Shown: positions 38,189 to 48,088 of the stretch, in pieces | Numbering within the stretch: the stretch's first letter is position 1 | Layout of the letters: each line of letters begins with the position of its first letter | Origin: a virus | Taxonomy: Duplodnaviria; Caudoviricetes | Length of the DNA stretch: 60,799 nt | Virus record (IMG/VR): IMGVR_UViG_3300031851_006073 | Coordinates: 1-60,799 of that record | Strand: one strand, 5' to 3' | The notes under the pieces: generated by a model | Told to the model about the DNA's origin: nothing | Seen by the model: only the letters and a program-made list of their open reading frames with translations | Database searches by the model: none | Translations under genes and position numbers: made by a program

Positions 38189-38669
38189 CAGGATCGATTT
38201 GATCAGGCTCCTTAACTTCCATAGGGTCTTCGAATTTTTCTCCAGGATTTATTGGTGCTTCATCTTTTTTCTCGTTAAAAATAGACATACAGGCTGCAAA
38301 TCTATCCCCCTGAACTGGATATCTCTTTTTCATGTTAGCGTCAAGTATGCACCTTGTCATAAATTGATCCCCAGTTTCTTGAGATACGGGAGTTGGGTAC
38401 CTTTTGTCTTCATTGCTGAGGTAATTATTTTTTTCTTTATCTCCAAGCTCTTTTAGGTCTTCTTGATTGGGGAATATTTTTTCATATTCTGCATATTGCA
38501 GCGCTTGGTCTATATTTTCATAAGCATCGAAAATACTCTTTTTAACCCAATCCTCTAAAATGGTTTCATCCTTTACCATATCATACATTAACCTAGCTTT
38601 CTTCCAGATATGAAATAATTGAGATTTAACTATTTTATTTGAATTATTACCCTCAGACATGTTGTTCAT
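38169..38669 (-). CDS. Hypothetical head-region protein
   Basis: GTGTA at 38679-38683; FMTRC...FAAC motif also seen in the 466-aa protein. Confidence 0.65.
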   Translation of the reverse strand: MNNMSEGNNSNKIVKSQLFHIWKKARLMYDMVKDETILEDWVKKSIFDAYENIDQALQYAEYEKIFPNQEDLKELGDKEKNNYLSNEDKRYPTPVSQETGDQFMTRCILDANMKKRYPVQGDRFAACMSIFNEKKDEAPINPGEKFEDPMEVKEPDQIDPVKPLLP

Positions 38670-38686
38670 ATATTATATTACACCTT

Positions 38687-39196
38687 TTATTTATAATATG
38701 AATCCAGAGAAGTGTTTTGTCCGGTAGAGGGGGCGTCCGCTCCATAAACCTGATTTGGTTTTGCACTGTATAAATTATAAGAATAAACTAAATCTTTTAA
38801 TCGATCTTGGGAAGAATCGTATGCGTCCTGAAAGCTTTTCGCTATTAAGTTTTGATTCGGTTTCTGAATCATGGAATCGCCTTCTTTAATAACAAGGAAG
38901 TCAGTTCCATTTGCTGAACCATTTAAAACTTTTCTTTGAGATTTTCGATTATAGTCAGAGATATACATTTCTCTCATAATAGACTGTTCTTCAAGATTCA
39001 GTCCTTCTGGATTATTTCCGCTAAAACAAGTATAAATTAAATTATTTAATTCCCCTAAATGACCTTCTAGCCATCCAGATATTAAACCAATCTCTTTATT
39101 TCTCGCTTCACCATGCTCCTCTTCTCCAATATCCTGATCATATATGCCAACAGCGAGCTTTCCTAAGTTAGTATCTGGGGATAAATCGTGGGCCAT
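38687..39196 (-). CDS. Probable head-tail connector/virion protein
   Basis: 169 aa, helical, downstream of the capsid gene; function from position only. Confidence 0.45.
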   Translation of the reverse strand: MAHDLSPDTNLGKLAVGIYDQDIGEEEHGEARNKEIGLISGWLEGHLGELNNLIYTCFSGNNPEGLNLEEQSIMREMYISDYNRKSQRKVLNGSANGTDFLVIKEGDSMIQKPNQNLIAKSFQDAYDSSQDRLKDLVYSYNLYSAKPNQVYGADAPSTGQNTSLDSYYK

Positions 39197-39197
39197 G

Positions 39198-39617
39198 TTA
39201 ATTCTTTAGGTAATCAATTAATTCTTTATGCTTTGGATTATTTGGGTCTAATTTCATTGGTTCGCCGATCACCTGCACACTTCCTTTGCCGTGTAGACTA
39301 GAGTCGAATGCCCTTTTTATCTTGTTCCTTAATACAGTTTTGTTTCCCGAAGGAAAAACTCCAACTTTTACCGCAAAAGACTGAAGGTCAGTTAAATTCA
39401 TTTCTTGAATCATTTCTTCAAATATTCTTTTATCGTTTGTCTTAAATGGGTTTATTTTAGCGACGCCAAGAATATCCTCTAGTTCTCGCGCGCGAGCGAC
39501 TTGATCTTCGTAACTTTTGCCGTTTGTTTGCTGCAAACTGTCAAGGTTTGATTTCTTTTTTTTAGCGAGCTTCCCAGAGCTCGTAGATTTACTCGTTTTT
39601 GTTTTTTTATTTGTCAT
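39198..39617 (-). CDS. Hypothetical protein
   Basis: 139 aa; GTGTA at 39645-39649 plus purine-rich RBS. Confidence 0.65.
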   Translation of the reverse strand: MTNKKTKTSKSTSSGKLAKKKKSNLDSLQQTNGKSYEDQVARARELEDILGVAKINPFKTNDKRIFEEMIQEMNLTDLQSFAVKVGVFPSGNKTVLRNKIKRAFDSSLHGKGSVQVIGEPMKLDPNNPKHKELIDYLKN

Positions 39618-39673
39618 AATTTTACCTTTTCCTTTGTGAATTAATACACTAATATATTATAAATTAATAAAAT

Positions 39674-39708
39674 AAAAAATCCACCCCAGTCGCCTGAGGT
39701 GGACTTTT
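39674..39708 (-). terminator. Terminator after the major capsid gene (possibly bidirectional)
   Basis: TCCACC.CAG-loop-CTG.GGTGGA stem flanked by A and T runs. Confidence 0.75.
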
Positions 39709-39734
39709 ATAAAACGTTAATTTTATTTTAAAAA

Positions 39735-40859
39735 TTAAACGATGAGACCAAGTAGTACGCGGTCATCTATGATCATGCGACCTTCCTCAAGAGAGCCGTA
39801 GTAACCAATTTTAGATTGACGTGTAGCGAATTGATCATCAGAAACAAGACTAAACTCGTCTCCAGACTCGGAATCTGTAGCTACTGCACGAATCATTGAT
39901 TCGCGGCTAAGATCTACTCCAACAAGAATTTCTTCTGTAGAAGTGTCAAAAGCGGAAGCCGCATCAGAGGTCGTGTAATTACCTTCCCAGCTTGTGCTGC
40001 CTGCAGCTACACCAAACGTAGTATTCCATTTTTGACCATTACCCATTTCATTGTACTCTTGGATAGATACGCCGTAAAATTCGGGGATACCAGCGCTGTT
40101 AAAGATGGCATCACGCATACTATCAGTACCAGCGATATCAGTGTTATCACCTTTAGTATTGATTGGGTTGTAAGCTAAACCACGAATTTCTTCTACGATT
40201 TCAGGAGAAACAAGAAGATCTGTAATTCCGCGTCCACGACGCTCAGCAGGAGTACCGCCAGTCCAAGAAGTATTAATTCTTTTAGCGAGCGTAAACAACT
40301 TGTTCAGGTCGGAGAGTAAAAATCGACCTGCTTGAGCCGAACGAATAACATGGTTTTCAGACGCAGAATTAGTTTTTGCGTTTGCCAATGCAGTCATGAT
40401 CATAGTTGCAGAAGTCTTTTCTTGTTTAAGAAGGATTTCTTGCGCCATACGAGTAAACGTTTTACTTACAACGTCAAGCCTTGAACGAGAAGCGTAACGC
40501 TTATCGAAGCTTAATGCGCTATCGAGAGTATAAGTTGTGAACTTAAGCTCGCTTTGCGAAGGGGCAACTTGATTAGTTGGGAGACCTCCAGGAACGGATT
40601 GACTCCAAACCTGAATATAGTCTTCATCAGTAAGATCATGATAGAGATCTAAAGGAATGCTTGGACTCTCGTCAGAATTAAACTGAAGAGAATTAAACAT
40701 GTTACTGACCGTAGGGGCAGTATTAACGACTTCTGCTAATACTGGGCCAATAAACTCAGCAAGAGCAGTTTGCGCTTCGTAGGCAACCTCTCTATTTTTT
40801 GAAGCCATAGCTTTAACAAGCTCGACTTGCTCGGGTGTTCTTTCTAAAGTAATTTTCAT
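39735..40859 (-). CDS. Major capsid protein (probably HK97 fold)
   Basis: 374 aa; follows protease/scaffold and decoration genes; own terminator; DLLVSPE and EEGRMI motifs. Confidence 0.75.
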   Translation of the reverse strand: MKITLERTPEQVELVKAMASKNREVAYEAQTALAEFIGPVLAEVVNTAPTVSNMFNSLQFNSDESPSIPLDLYHDLTDEDYIQVWSQSVPGGLPTNQVAPSQSELKFTTYTLDSALSFDKRYASRSRLDVVSKTFTRMAQEILLKQEKTSATMIMTALANAKTNSASENHVIRSAQAGRFLLSDLNKLFTLAKRINTSWTGGTPAERRGRGITDLLVSPEIVEEIRGLAYNPINTKGDNTDIAGTDSMRDAIFNSAGIPEFYGVSIQEYNEMGNGQKWNTTFGVAAGSTSWEGNYTTSDAASAFDTSTEEILVGVDLSRESMIRAVATDSESGDEFSLVSDDQFATRQSKIGYYGSLEEGRMIIDDRVLLGLIV

Positions 40860-40877
40860 TATTTTTAAATTCCTTTC

Positions 40878-41501
40878 TTAGAAGCTAACTTTGCAGAGAT
40901 ATTTCTTTGCAGACGAATCGTTACTTTCTTCACCGATAGCGATTACAGAACCGACTACTGAGCCAGAAGACTGCGACCCTAATTTGCCATCAGCTTTAAT
41001 TTCTAGGTCATCACCAACAGATGGAGTTCCGTCAATTGAACCAGCAGAAAGAAGGACTAATCCACGGGTCAAAACAGGGACTGTTTGACCAGGAAGTACT
41101 CCTTGGGCTTCATCAAGTTTTTGTTTGTAATAGAGTAATTTTTCTCCATTCTCGTCGAAAGCTAAGGTTTCACGAAGAGTGATTCCAAGCCCTCGACCGC
41201 CAGCTGCAGCAGGAGCAACAGTCATACCTGTGTTAGCGGGGTATCCGTTGAATCCAATATGCGCGCCACTAAAACTAGCACCAAGATAATCTCTAAGATT
41301 ATCTGGAGTTTCTGCGCGCAATTCGGAAACCTCACCAGGTAGAGCTCCCGCACTTACAGAAACAACAACGCCTGAGTCCCACTTTCCGCTGCTAGCTTCG
41401 ACCCACCCAGAGAGTGAGTCACCGCTTTCAACCTTAAGTGAGAACATATTAACGACATCATGTTCACTGTAGTCTCGGTATGGTAGTATTCTTTTTGCCA
41501 T
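40878..41501 (-). CDS. Capsid decoration/cement protein
   Basis: G/S/A-rich beta protein, GQTVPVLTRG, between scaffold and MCP. Confidence 0.6.
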   Translation of the reverse strand: MAKRILPYRDYSEHDVVNMFSLKVESGDSLSGWVEASSGKWDSGVVVSVSAGALPGEVSELRAETPDNLRDYLGASFSGAHIGFNGYPANTGMTVAPAAAGGRGLGITLRETLAFDENGEKLLYYKQKLDEAQGVLPGQTVPVLTRGLVLLSAGSIDGTPSVGDDLEIKADGKLGSQSSGSVVGSVIAIGEESNDSSAKKYLCKVSF

Positions 41502-41522
41502 AATTTATTTTTTCCTATATTA

Positions 41523-43133
41523 TTAGTATGAAATTTTAACAGATTCTTTAAAAGTCTTCGCGAAACGATCTCGAAGAGAATTTCCTTCAGAAGAGCTTTC
41601 GTTATTATTAATTACAGCAGCTTCTTCAACTTCAAGAGAATCAAGAGCTTCAGAGATTTCATCTGATGCTTCACTTTCTTCTTGACTTGCAGACGCTTCT
41701 ACAACTTCAACTTTTTCTGTAACGCTTTCCAAAGCTTCGGAGGTTTGAGATAAACGTTTCTCAACTTCTTGAGCTACGCGATCTTCAAACGCTTTTTGTT
41801 CTGTAGCGATAAATTCTTTATTTTTGTGTTTCCAAACCTTAGCCAATTTTTCTTGATAACCAGCAAAACTTTCTTCAGTTTCCCCTAAGTTAGCAAGCTC
41901 AGAGGCTACGATTTTAGAATCATCTTCATCAAGCTCATAAATTTCATTTAGCGCCTCCATTCGAGAATTAAAGCGAACTTCTGCTTCTCGAGCAGCGTTC
42001 TCTTCCTCGAGGGCTGAAAGTTTTTCTTGAGTCGATTGTAATTGTTGTTCTACATTTCCCATTTTCTCTTGAAGAGAGTTTTGAGCCTGAACAGCTTCTT
42101 CTTTTTCAGCTTTAGCTTTTTCAAGGTCGGCGACATATTGTTCGCCTTTCTCGCGGATAGCTTCTATAAATACTTTTGAGATGCTAGCAACGCTTTCTTC
42201 AGAAAAGTCTTGGTTGCCAAGCTTTTCATCTAAAGCTGCTCGGAATTCGTTTATGATTATATCTTTGTCCATAATAGTATTATTATTGGTTTCTTTGTTT
42301 AGTACATCTTCTTCCATGGAATGGGAAGTTTTTTCGGTTTTTGTTATTAATTGATTAATTGGTTCACTTTTTCGCTGTTTAGGTTCGGGCGATTCTGTTT
42401 TTTCTGCAATAAGACCTTTTACGTCTGCGGCAGGATTAGATGTAAAACCAATACCAAGAGGGTAAATATCTCCAATTATTAGTCGATTAACTTTCCTACC
42501 GTCTTTCAGCATACCTTTTCCACCTAAAGATTTTAAATAAGGGGAGTAGGCTTTAATTTCTTGGGGGTCGGAGATAATAGTGGATCCATATAAATCATCT
42601 CCACCGACAGAAATCACATATTCATTAAACCCGACTTCCCAACTAGCAGAGACAGTTGCATAATAATCGCTTTCTTCATCAGTAGAATTAAGGACCAGAT
42701 CTGCAAATTCTTTGCTTGCAGTTTTATAAACTACAGCTGCAAGGGCAATATTATAAGCGTTATCCTCAATCAAAGCCTCTTCTTCCGACATTAGCTCGGA
42801 CGAATTATCGTATTTTGAGAAACCCGCGGATACAATATGCCCGACAATCTTATCTCTATCGTGCTCGATATTTGTTGGTTTATGAATAAAGAAATCTTTA
42901 ATGGCGACAGCTGCTTCGCTGTCAATACCGTCTCCATTTTTATTAAACTTATTAACTACCGCCGCGTTAAATGCGACGCCCAGTAAATCAATATTTCTGT
43001 CTAAATTGATATCTTTTGGAATTAACGGCCTGAGAGGCTCGAGAGAAGCTTTACTTATATTAGACCCCTCAATATCGCTCGAAGCAAAAACTGTGCTGTC
43101 AAAAGTTGTTGTATATTTATATTTTTTAGGCAT
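41523..43133 (-). CDS. Prohead protease-scaffold fusion
   Basis: NKNGD, NIEHD...IVGH, SASWE, NPAAD protease motifs followed by an acidic coiled-coil scaffold; GTGTA at 43146-43150. Confidence 0.75.
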   Translation of the reverse strand: MPKKYKYTTTFDSTVFASSDIEGSNISKASLEPLRPLIPKDINLDRNIDLLGVAFNAAVVNKFNKNGDGIDSEAAVAIKDFFIHKPTNIEHDRDKIVGHIVSAGFSKYDNSSELMSEEEALIEDNAYNIALAAVVYKTASKEFADLVLNSTDEESDYYATVSASWEVGFNEYVISVGGDDLYGSTIISDPQEIKAYSPYLKSLGGKGMLKDGRKVNRLIIGDIYPLGIGFTSNPAADVKGLIAEKTESPEPKQRKSEPINQLITKTEKTSHSMEEDVLNKETNNNTIMDKDIIINEFRAALDEKLGNQDFSEESVASISKVFIEAIREKGEQYVADLEKAKAEKEEAVQAQNSLQEKMGNVEQQLQSTQEKLSALEEENAAREAEVRFNSRMEALNEIYELDEDDSKIVASELANLGETEESFAGYQEKLAKVWKHKNKEFIATEQKAFEDRVAQEVEKRLSQTSEALESVTEKVEVVEASASQEESEASDEISEALDSLEVEEAAVINNNESSSEGNSLRDRFAKTFKESVKISY

Positions 43134-43150
43134 TTACGAAAAAGGTACAC

Positions 43151-45022
43151 CTAGTTTATAAACATGGGAGTAAAAGTGTGATTCGTGTTTTCAGCCTTAA
43201 CATTCATCATGTCATAATAAAGCTTAACCATCCAATTTCCTAAGATTAATGCGGAGTAAGAATCCTTTCTTGCTTTTTCTGGTCCGGTTTGCCTTTTTAA
43301 GCTTGAAGGTAAATCAAAAGTTTGCGTCCCGCCCGCAGAAGTTGATATTTTAATCAAAGAGCACTGAGATTTAATTAAGTTCATCATATCAAATTGATGC
43401 TCCACAAAATCAATCATCTTAGCGTCATTGGTTTGTCTTTCTAAACTTTGAGAGGTTCTTAGGAATTTTATATCCTGTATCGGTATTTTTTTCTTTCTTT
43501 GTTCGTTGTATACATCGTCTATCGCTCTACTTGCGAAGTATATTCTATGATGATCGAAATTAGCCTGAAGCAATTCGTTCGCCAATCTAATCCACTGACT
43601 AGTTGGTTTACGTAAATAACAGATAGTCGTGTCTTGTAAATTGTATTCTTTTTTTCCTTCTATTAATTTTTTCTGGTAATGCTCTATGTCATCAAAGTTT
43701 GTATTCATACATCCAATATTTAATTTATTCTTTTTGAATAATGAACTTTCATTACAAGCATTAATAAACTGCACTCCTCCATTATAGTCGCCAATAATAG
43801 ATACAATATTAAAATGAGTGAGTAAATAATAAAAATAAAATATATGTTGTTTTAAATTTGTTCCAGATAACGCATAGCTATGGACTACGGTTCCAATTTT
43901 TTTATCGTCATTTAACTTTAAAACCATCATGGCAAAATCGTCACTACTCTCATTCTCTGCCCAACTTGGGTCAAAAGCTAATATATATTTCGAACCAACT
44001 TCCCCGCAAACTTCTACATGGGGATTTTCTCCGTCTTTGAGTGTGCATGATGCCATTTTAGAGGTTTTAAAATACCCGCTACTATCATCTGTAAATATAG
44101 ACCCAAACTCCCGATCGAACTGACTTTGACTCATGGTAGATTTAGCTTGATCTAGAAGATTTTGATCGTATAACTGCTTCGGGGCACAATCGTAGCTAAA
44201 TTGCATGATAACTCTGTGAGCATCACTTTGTTTTGAGCTCCCGGTGCGGATTAAATCTTCAAATTGTTCGTACGCTTTATACATATATTCAAACTTATAA
44301 CTAGCAGAAGAAAGTGCGATGAGTTTATTGTTTCTCCAAACATGCCGATCATCTTCTGACATTTCGCCTTTATCTATCAAACTTGTTTCTAGGTTATATA
44401 ACTGCTCTCTTTGAGTGGGATTTTCAACCACACTAAGGAAGGGTATTATAACCTCATTATAAATTCTTTCAGGCATAAGGGCGAACTCGTCAATAATGAT
44501 TCTGTGAAAACGAAACCCGCGTAATTTCTCACCGTCCCCAAGAGGCAAGGCTCGTATCCTACTACTACCTATTTCAAGAAGCCATTCATCATTACTTTTT
44601 GATTTATGCGTAATGCATTGAGCCAGATAAGTCGCTCCAGGCTTGGATGCTATATCCTCAATTTTTTTAAATATCATTTTTGCTTGACGAAACGACTTAG
44701 AAAGTATACCAATCTCAACTCCTTGATTAAGTATTGCGTCTAGATACGCATATATTGCTGTAGTAAATGATTTACTCATTCCTCGAGACCAAACTCCCAT
44801 AAAATAATCTGTACTAAACATAGCCTTAATCGCCATATGCTGAAAAGGGAACAGTTGAACCCCGCTAACCAAATCCGCGGTAAATGTAATATTTTCTCTT
44901 AAAAATTTATACAATAAAATCTTAGCTTCCTTTTCCTCGATAAAACCCTTGACTTCCTCAAGTTGTTCATTGAAATTCATTTCTGAATTCCTAGATAGTT
45001 GGTTTCCTGTTTCCCAAGCCAT
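43151..45022 (-). CDS. Terminase large subunit
   Basis: FPFQ, SRGMSKS Walker A, LRGFRFHRIIIDE Walker B, LAFDPS nuclease, KDSYSA. Confidence 0.9.
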   Translation of the reverse strand: MAWETGNQLSRNSEMNFNEQLEEVKGFIEEKEAKILLYKFLRENITFTADLVSGVQLFPFQHMAIKAMFSTDYFMGVWSRGMSKSFTTAIYAYLDAILNQGVEIGILSKSFRQAKMIFKKIEDIASKPGATYLAQCITHKSKSNDEWLLEIGSSRIRALPLGDGEKLRGFRFHRIIIDEFALMPERIYNEVIIPFLSVVENPTQREQLYNLETSLIDKGEMSEDDRHVWRNNKLIALSSASYKFEYMYKAYEQFEDLIRTGSSKQSDAHRVIMQFSYDCAPKQLYDQNLLDQAKSTMSQSQFDREFGSIFTDDSSGYFKTSKMASCTLKDGENPHVEVCGEVGSKYILAFDPSWAENESSDDFAMMVLKLNDDKKIGTVVHSYALSGTNLKQHIFYFYYLLTHFNIVSIIGDYNGGVQFINACNESSLFKKNKLNIGCMNTNFDDIEHYQKKLIEGKKEYNLQDTTICYLRKPTSQWIRLANELLQANFDHHRIYFASRAIDDVYNEQRKKKIPIQDIKFLRTSQSLERQTNDAKMIDFVEHQFDMMNLIKSQCSLIKISTSAGGTQTFDLPSSLKRQTGPEKARKDSYSALILGNWMVKLYYDMMNVKAENTNHTFTPMFIN

Positions 45023-45981
45023 TATATTAAATTGTTATCGATATAATATTGTAGATCTACATCCCAAAGCTTTTGGCCTAAAATTAATAATTTTGGAATT
45101 ATTCTTTCAGACTCTTTCCTGCTTCCGGTGAAAATAAATTGGCAGTTACCTGCGAATTCATGAGTTAACACCCTCATGTTGTGATAAATATATTTCATAT
45201 TAGACATATGCGGCGACCAACGGTTATGTTTTTCTATACTCGATATACTACCTTCGGTCACGACAAATAAATAACTATCGAAATCTCTAGCTCTCTGCAG
45301 TTCTTTTTTAAATCTTTCTAAGTTATTTTTGCTTAAAGTAGACTTAAAGTCCTGCTCCCCTTTTCTATCTACATAAGTATAATCATAATGTTCTTTACCT
45401 ACAGCATAATCTCCGAAGTCTAGTTTCAATAGTTCTGAACTAGAAAACTCTAAAGGTTGCTGTTCTCTTGTGTCTATGAAAATTTTAATAGAAGGGTCAA
45501 CCTCTGACCCCCAATCATCTGGCAGTCTAGACCCAAACATAGGCCTAACTTTAGCTTCCTTGCAGGCTGCAGAATACGACCCAAAATGTTTTTGATAAAG
45601 CTCTATGGTGGGCATCTCATTCACAGCGAGCTCTAAGTGAGAAGGGGCGCGCTTTAGATTTTTTTCTGACACTCTTTTTTTTAATAACTTTAGCATATAA
45701 GGTTTAACAATATCGCTTGATTGACTTTCGCACCACTTTATTAATTGATCCCTTGTAGAGAAATCTTTCGAGAAATATTGGTCTTTATTTTTGAAAGGAA
45801 GCAGCTCCTCTTTTCCTATTGATTGTGAATATAAATTATATCTAGGGTAGTATTTTATATAATACTCCGCTAGAGTTACCTTATGCGATCGCAGATGCAT
45901 GTGAAGTTTTTTCTCGCTCTCAAATCCTAGAGAGCAAATTTTGCATATATAATTAGATGACATCTTCTTTTGAAATCCCAA
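45022..45981 (-). CDS. C2H2 zinc finger + ERCC4/XPF-type nuclease
   Basis: CKIC...HLRSH; IDTREQ, FGDY, VDRKGEQD. Confidence 0.75.
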   Translation of the reverse strand: MGFQKKMSSNYICKICSLGFESEKKLHMHLRSHKVTLAEYYIKYYPRYNLYSQSIGKEELLPFKNKDQYFSKDFSTRDQLIKWCESQSSDIVKPYMLKLLKKRVSEKNLKRAPSHLELAVNEMPTIELYQKHFGSYSAACKEAKVRPMFGSRLPDDWGSEVDPSIKIFIDTREQQPLEFSSSELLKLDFGDYAVGKEHYDYTYVDRKGEQDFKSTLSKNNLERFKKELQRARDFDSYLFVVTEGSISSIEKHNRWSPHMSNMKYIYHNMRVLTHEFAGNCQFIFTGSRKESERIIPKLLILGQKLWDVDLQYYIDNNLI

Positions 45982-47005
45982 GCACCCTTGCTTTCCAGTT
46001 AGGCATAGACTCTAATCGATCAGCATCTTCTTTTGCAGCTCGCTTTTGTAATTCTGCAATTTTCAGCATAACCCCTCGCTCTTCTTCCTCCTGAAAAAGT
46101 TGAACTAGAGCTAATATGTTTGCATTCTGTTGCTGCTTAGAAGATATCCTCTTTGATCTATCTCCCTGCAATTTTTGAATTAAGGATTCCATTCTTTTTT
46201 CGCATTGATTATATTCTTCGCTTTTTGTTTTTAATAACTCCGCAAGTCTAACAGTTAAATCTTGCTGGTCTTCCGCTTCATCAAACATTCTATTTAATTT
46301 GTTAATCGCGCTTTGAATATTTTTTAAATGTATGTAATCCATGCAAACATTAATGTATAAATTAATTTCGTCACTAGTAAGGTCAGGTTTATCCCATGTT
46401 GCTCTTACGAATTCCGCTTCAAATAAGTCTCTATCGGCCTGCGCATCGTATGTATTTATTACCTGAATGAATCTGGGAGAAGAAAGAAAAGCTCCAAGGG
46501 ACTCAATACTTCTTTTCTCTGCCATCGTTAACTTGTCTTCGTTAATATTTGTTTGAGCGGAGTCGTTTATTTTTTTAATTATTTTACTTGTAGCTTTTGG
46601 CGAAGAATATCTCCTATTAATAGCGTCCTCTGAAGCTGGGGTTTTGATTTTTTCATTTGAATCTACGTAACCAAAAACCGCTTGATATTCCTTAGTGTTA
46701 TGAGTCACCCTAATTTCTGGAAACAGTACGGTAGCAACCTGCGCACAGGTCATGCCGTTTGACACAGATTGATCTACGAAATCTTTTTGCTCTTCAGATA
46801 ACGAAATATCTTCTTTAGGGTAAATATGCTTTGTTTCGTAATCGATTTCGTTGGTCAATAAAAACTCTCTAACAGCTCTTCCTTGTTTACTTCTTCCGTC
46901 AATTTTTTCTACCTCAGGAAAAGCCAGCTTAGTTAATTGCGTAAGGTCAGATACTTTTTTTGCATTTTCTCTAACGATCTGTTTTTGATCTTCCGTCAAA
47001 TCCAT
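45953..47005 (-). CDS. Helical/coiled-coil protein, candidate terminase small subunit
   Basis: Two HTH-like N-terminal repeats, C-terminal coil, upstream of TerL. Confidence 0.4.
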   Translation of the reverse strand: MDLTEDQKQIVRENAKKVSDLTQLTKLAFPEVEKIDGRSKQGRAVREFLLTNEIDYETKHIYPKEDISLSEEQKDFVDQSVSNGMTCAQVATVLFPEIRVTHNTKEYQAVFGYVDSNEKIKTPASEDAINRRYSSPKATSKIIKKINDSAQTNINEDKLTMAEKRSIESLGAFLSSPRFIQVINTYDAQADRDLFEAEFVRATWDKPDLTSDEINLYINVCMDYIHLKNIQSAINKLNRMFDEAEDQQDLTVRLAELLKTKSEEYNQCEKRMESLIQKLQGDRSKRISSKQQQNANILALVQLFQEEEERGVMLKIAELQKRAAKEDADRLESMPNWKARVLGISKEDVI

Positions 47006-47739
47006 AATATTGTTGGCCTAACAGAGATGATATCCTCTCTCTTTAAAATTTCTTGAGCTTTTTGTTTAAATGTTTTCTTGAGATTCTTAATTTGTTTATA
47101 TCCAGCTTTTCTCCCTTTTTCGGAGGTTTTATACCCCATCTTCTTAGCGACTTCTTCTTCATCTAGATGTTTCACGAATAACAATTCATATACTTTATAC
47201 TGCTTAGCAGACAACTCTTTTTCCATATGTTTATTCAATTTATCTTGAGATTCCAGAAGGTCAAAATTCTGGTCATGCATCGATGAAATTTCATGGGTGT
47301 GATTTTCCAAAGCTAATGCCATTTTGATTCCATACGCAGGTTTTTTAGTTCTCTCCCATTTAGCGTATAAAGGGCAAGAGGAGTCTTGCGCACCGCTTTT
47401 AGTAAAGCCGCAAAGAGACGACTCTCCTCCGTCCTTAGTGGCGCACGATTGATTGAAGGGGCAGTTTAAGCACGGTCTTACAAAATTACTGTAGTTGTTT
47501 CGCAAGATGTTTTTCATTTGATTAGTAATAATTTTATTAACCCAAGGTTTTAAAGATCTAGATTGATCCCATTGGTGCCATTTTTTATGTATGTGAGCCT
47601 TTATTATTTGCTGAACGTCATCAAAGTCAAACCAGGCTAATGAATCCAAGAACCATTTACCTTTTCTCTTTTTTATCTCTAAGTCAATTTCTTCCGCCTT
47701 GTCCTCGTAAGAGAAATTAAGACTTTCTTGAGTTTCCAC
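46996..47739 (-). CDS. Phage sigma70-family factor with Cys-rich insert
   Basis: Region 2 (FDDVQQ...LKPWVNKIITN) and region 4 (LSAKQYKVYEL...EEEVAKKMG) joined by CLNC..C..C..C. Confidence 0.75.
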   Translation of the reverse strand: METQESLNFSYEDKAEEIDLEIKKRKGKWFLDSLAWFDFDDVQQIIKAHIHKKWHQWDQSRSLKPWVNKIITNQMKNILRNNYSNFVRPCLNCPFNQSCATKDGGESSLCGFTKSGAQDSSCPLYAKWERTKKPAYGIKMALALENHTHEISSMHDQNFDLLESQDKLNKHMEKELSAKQYKVYELLFVKHLDEEEVAKKMGYKTSEKGRKAGYKQIKNLKKTFKQKAQEILKREDIISVRPTILWI

Positions 47740-48061
47740 GTTTTTTAGTTTTCTTTGCAGGTTTATTATCTTCTTCGAAATTTTCGAAAGCTTCTAGTGG
47801 AACAAGATCTTTTAAATCAAATTTATTTTTGTCGCTTTCAATAGAGTACGATAGTTTTGAAATATGAGGTACTTCATAAATATCTACTCCATCAGGATCA
47901 TCAATCATTTCCGCTCTCCTTGGAGCGGATTTGCGCGGAGCAGCTTTTGTTTTTGCTGCAGATAATATATTTAAACTCTCTCCGCATCCACCACAGAATT
48001 TTGGAGCAAGAACAGAGTACATATTTTTAAATCCACAATGCGGACAGTAAGAAAAGGCCAT
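47717..48061 (-). CDS. Zinc-ribbon protein
   Basis: YCPHCG...FCGGCG. Confidence 0.75.
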   Translation of the reverse strand: MAFSYCPHCGFKNMYSVLAPKFCGGCGESLNILSAAKTKAAPRKSAPRRAEMIDDPDGVDIYEVPHISKLSYSIESDKNKFDLKDLVPLEAFENFEEDNKPAKKTKKRGNSRKS

Positions 48062-48088
48062 AATAATATATTATAGCTAAAAAAAAAA

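Noticed and set aside
27884-45022. Inteins or introns in nrdA, nrdB, dnaE or terL
   Set aside because: Lengths are normal and no intein splice-junction motifs or LAGLIDADG inserts were recognised
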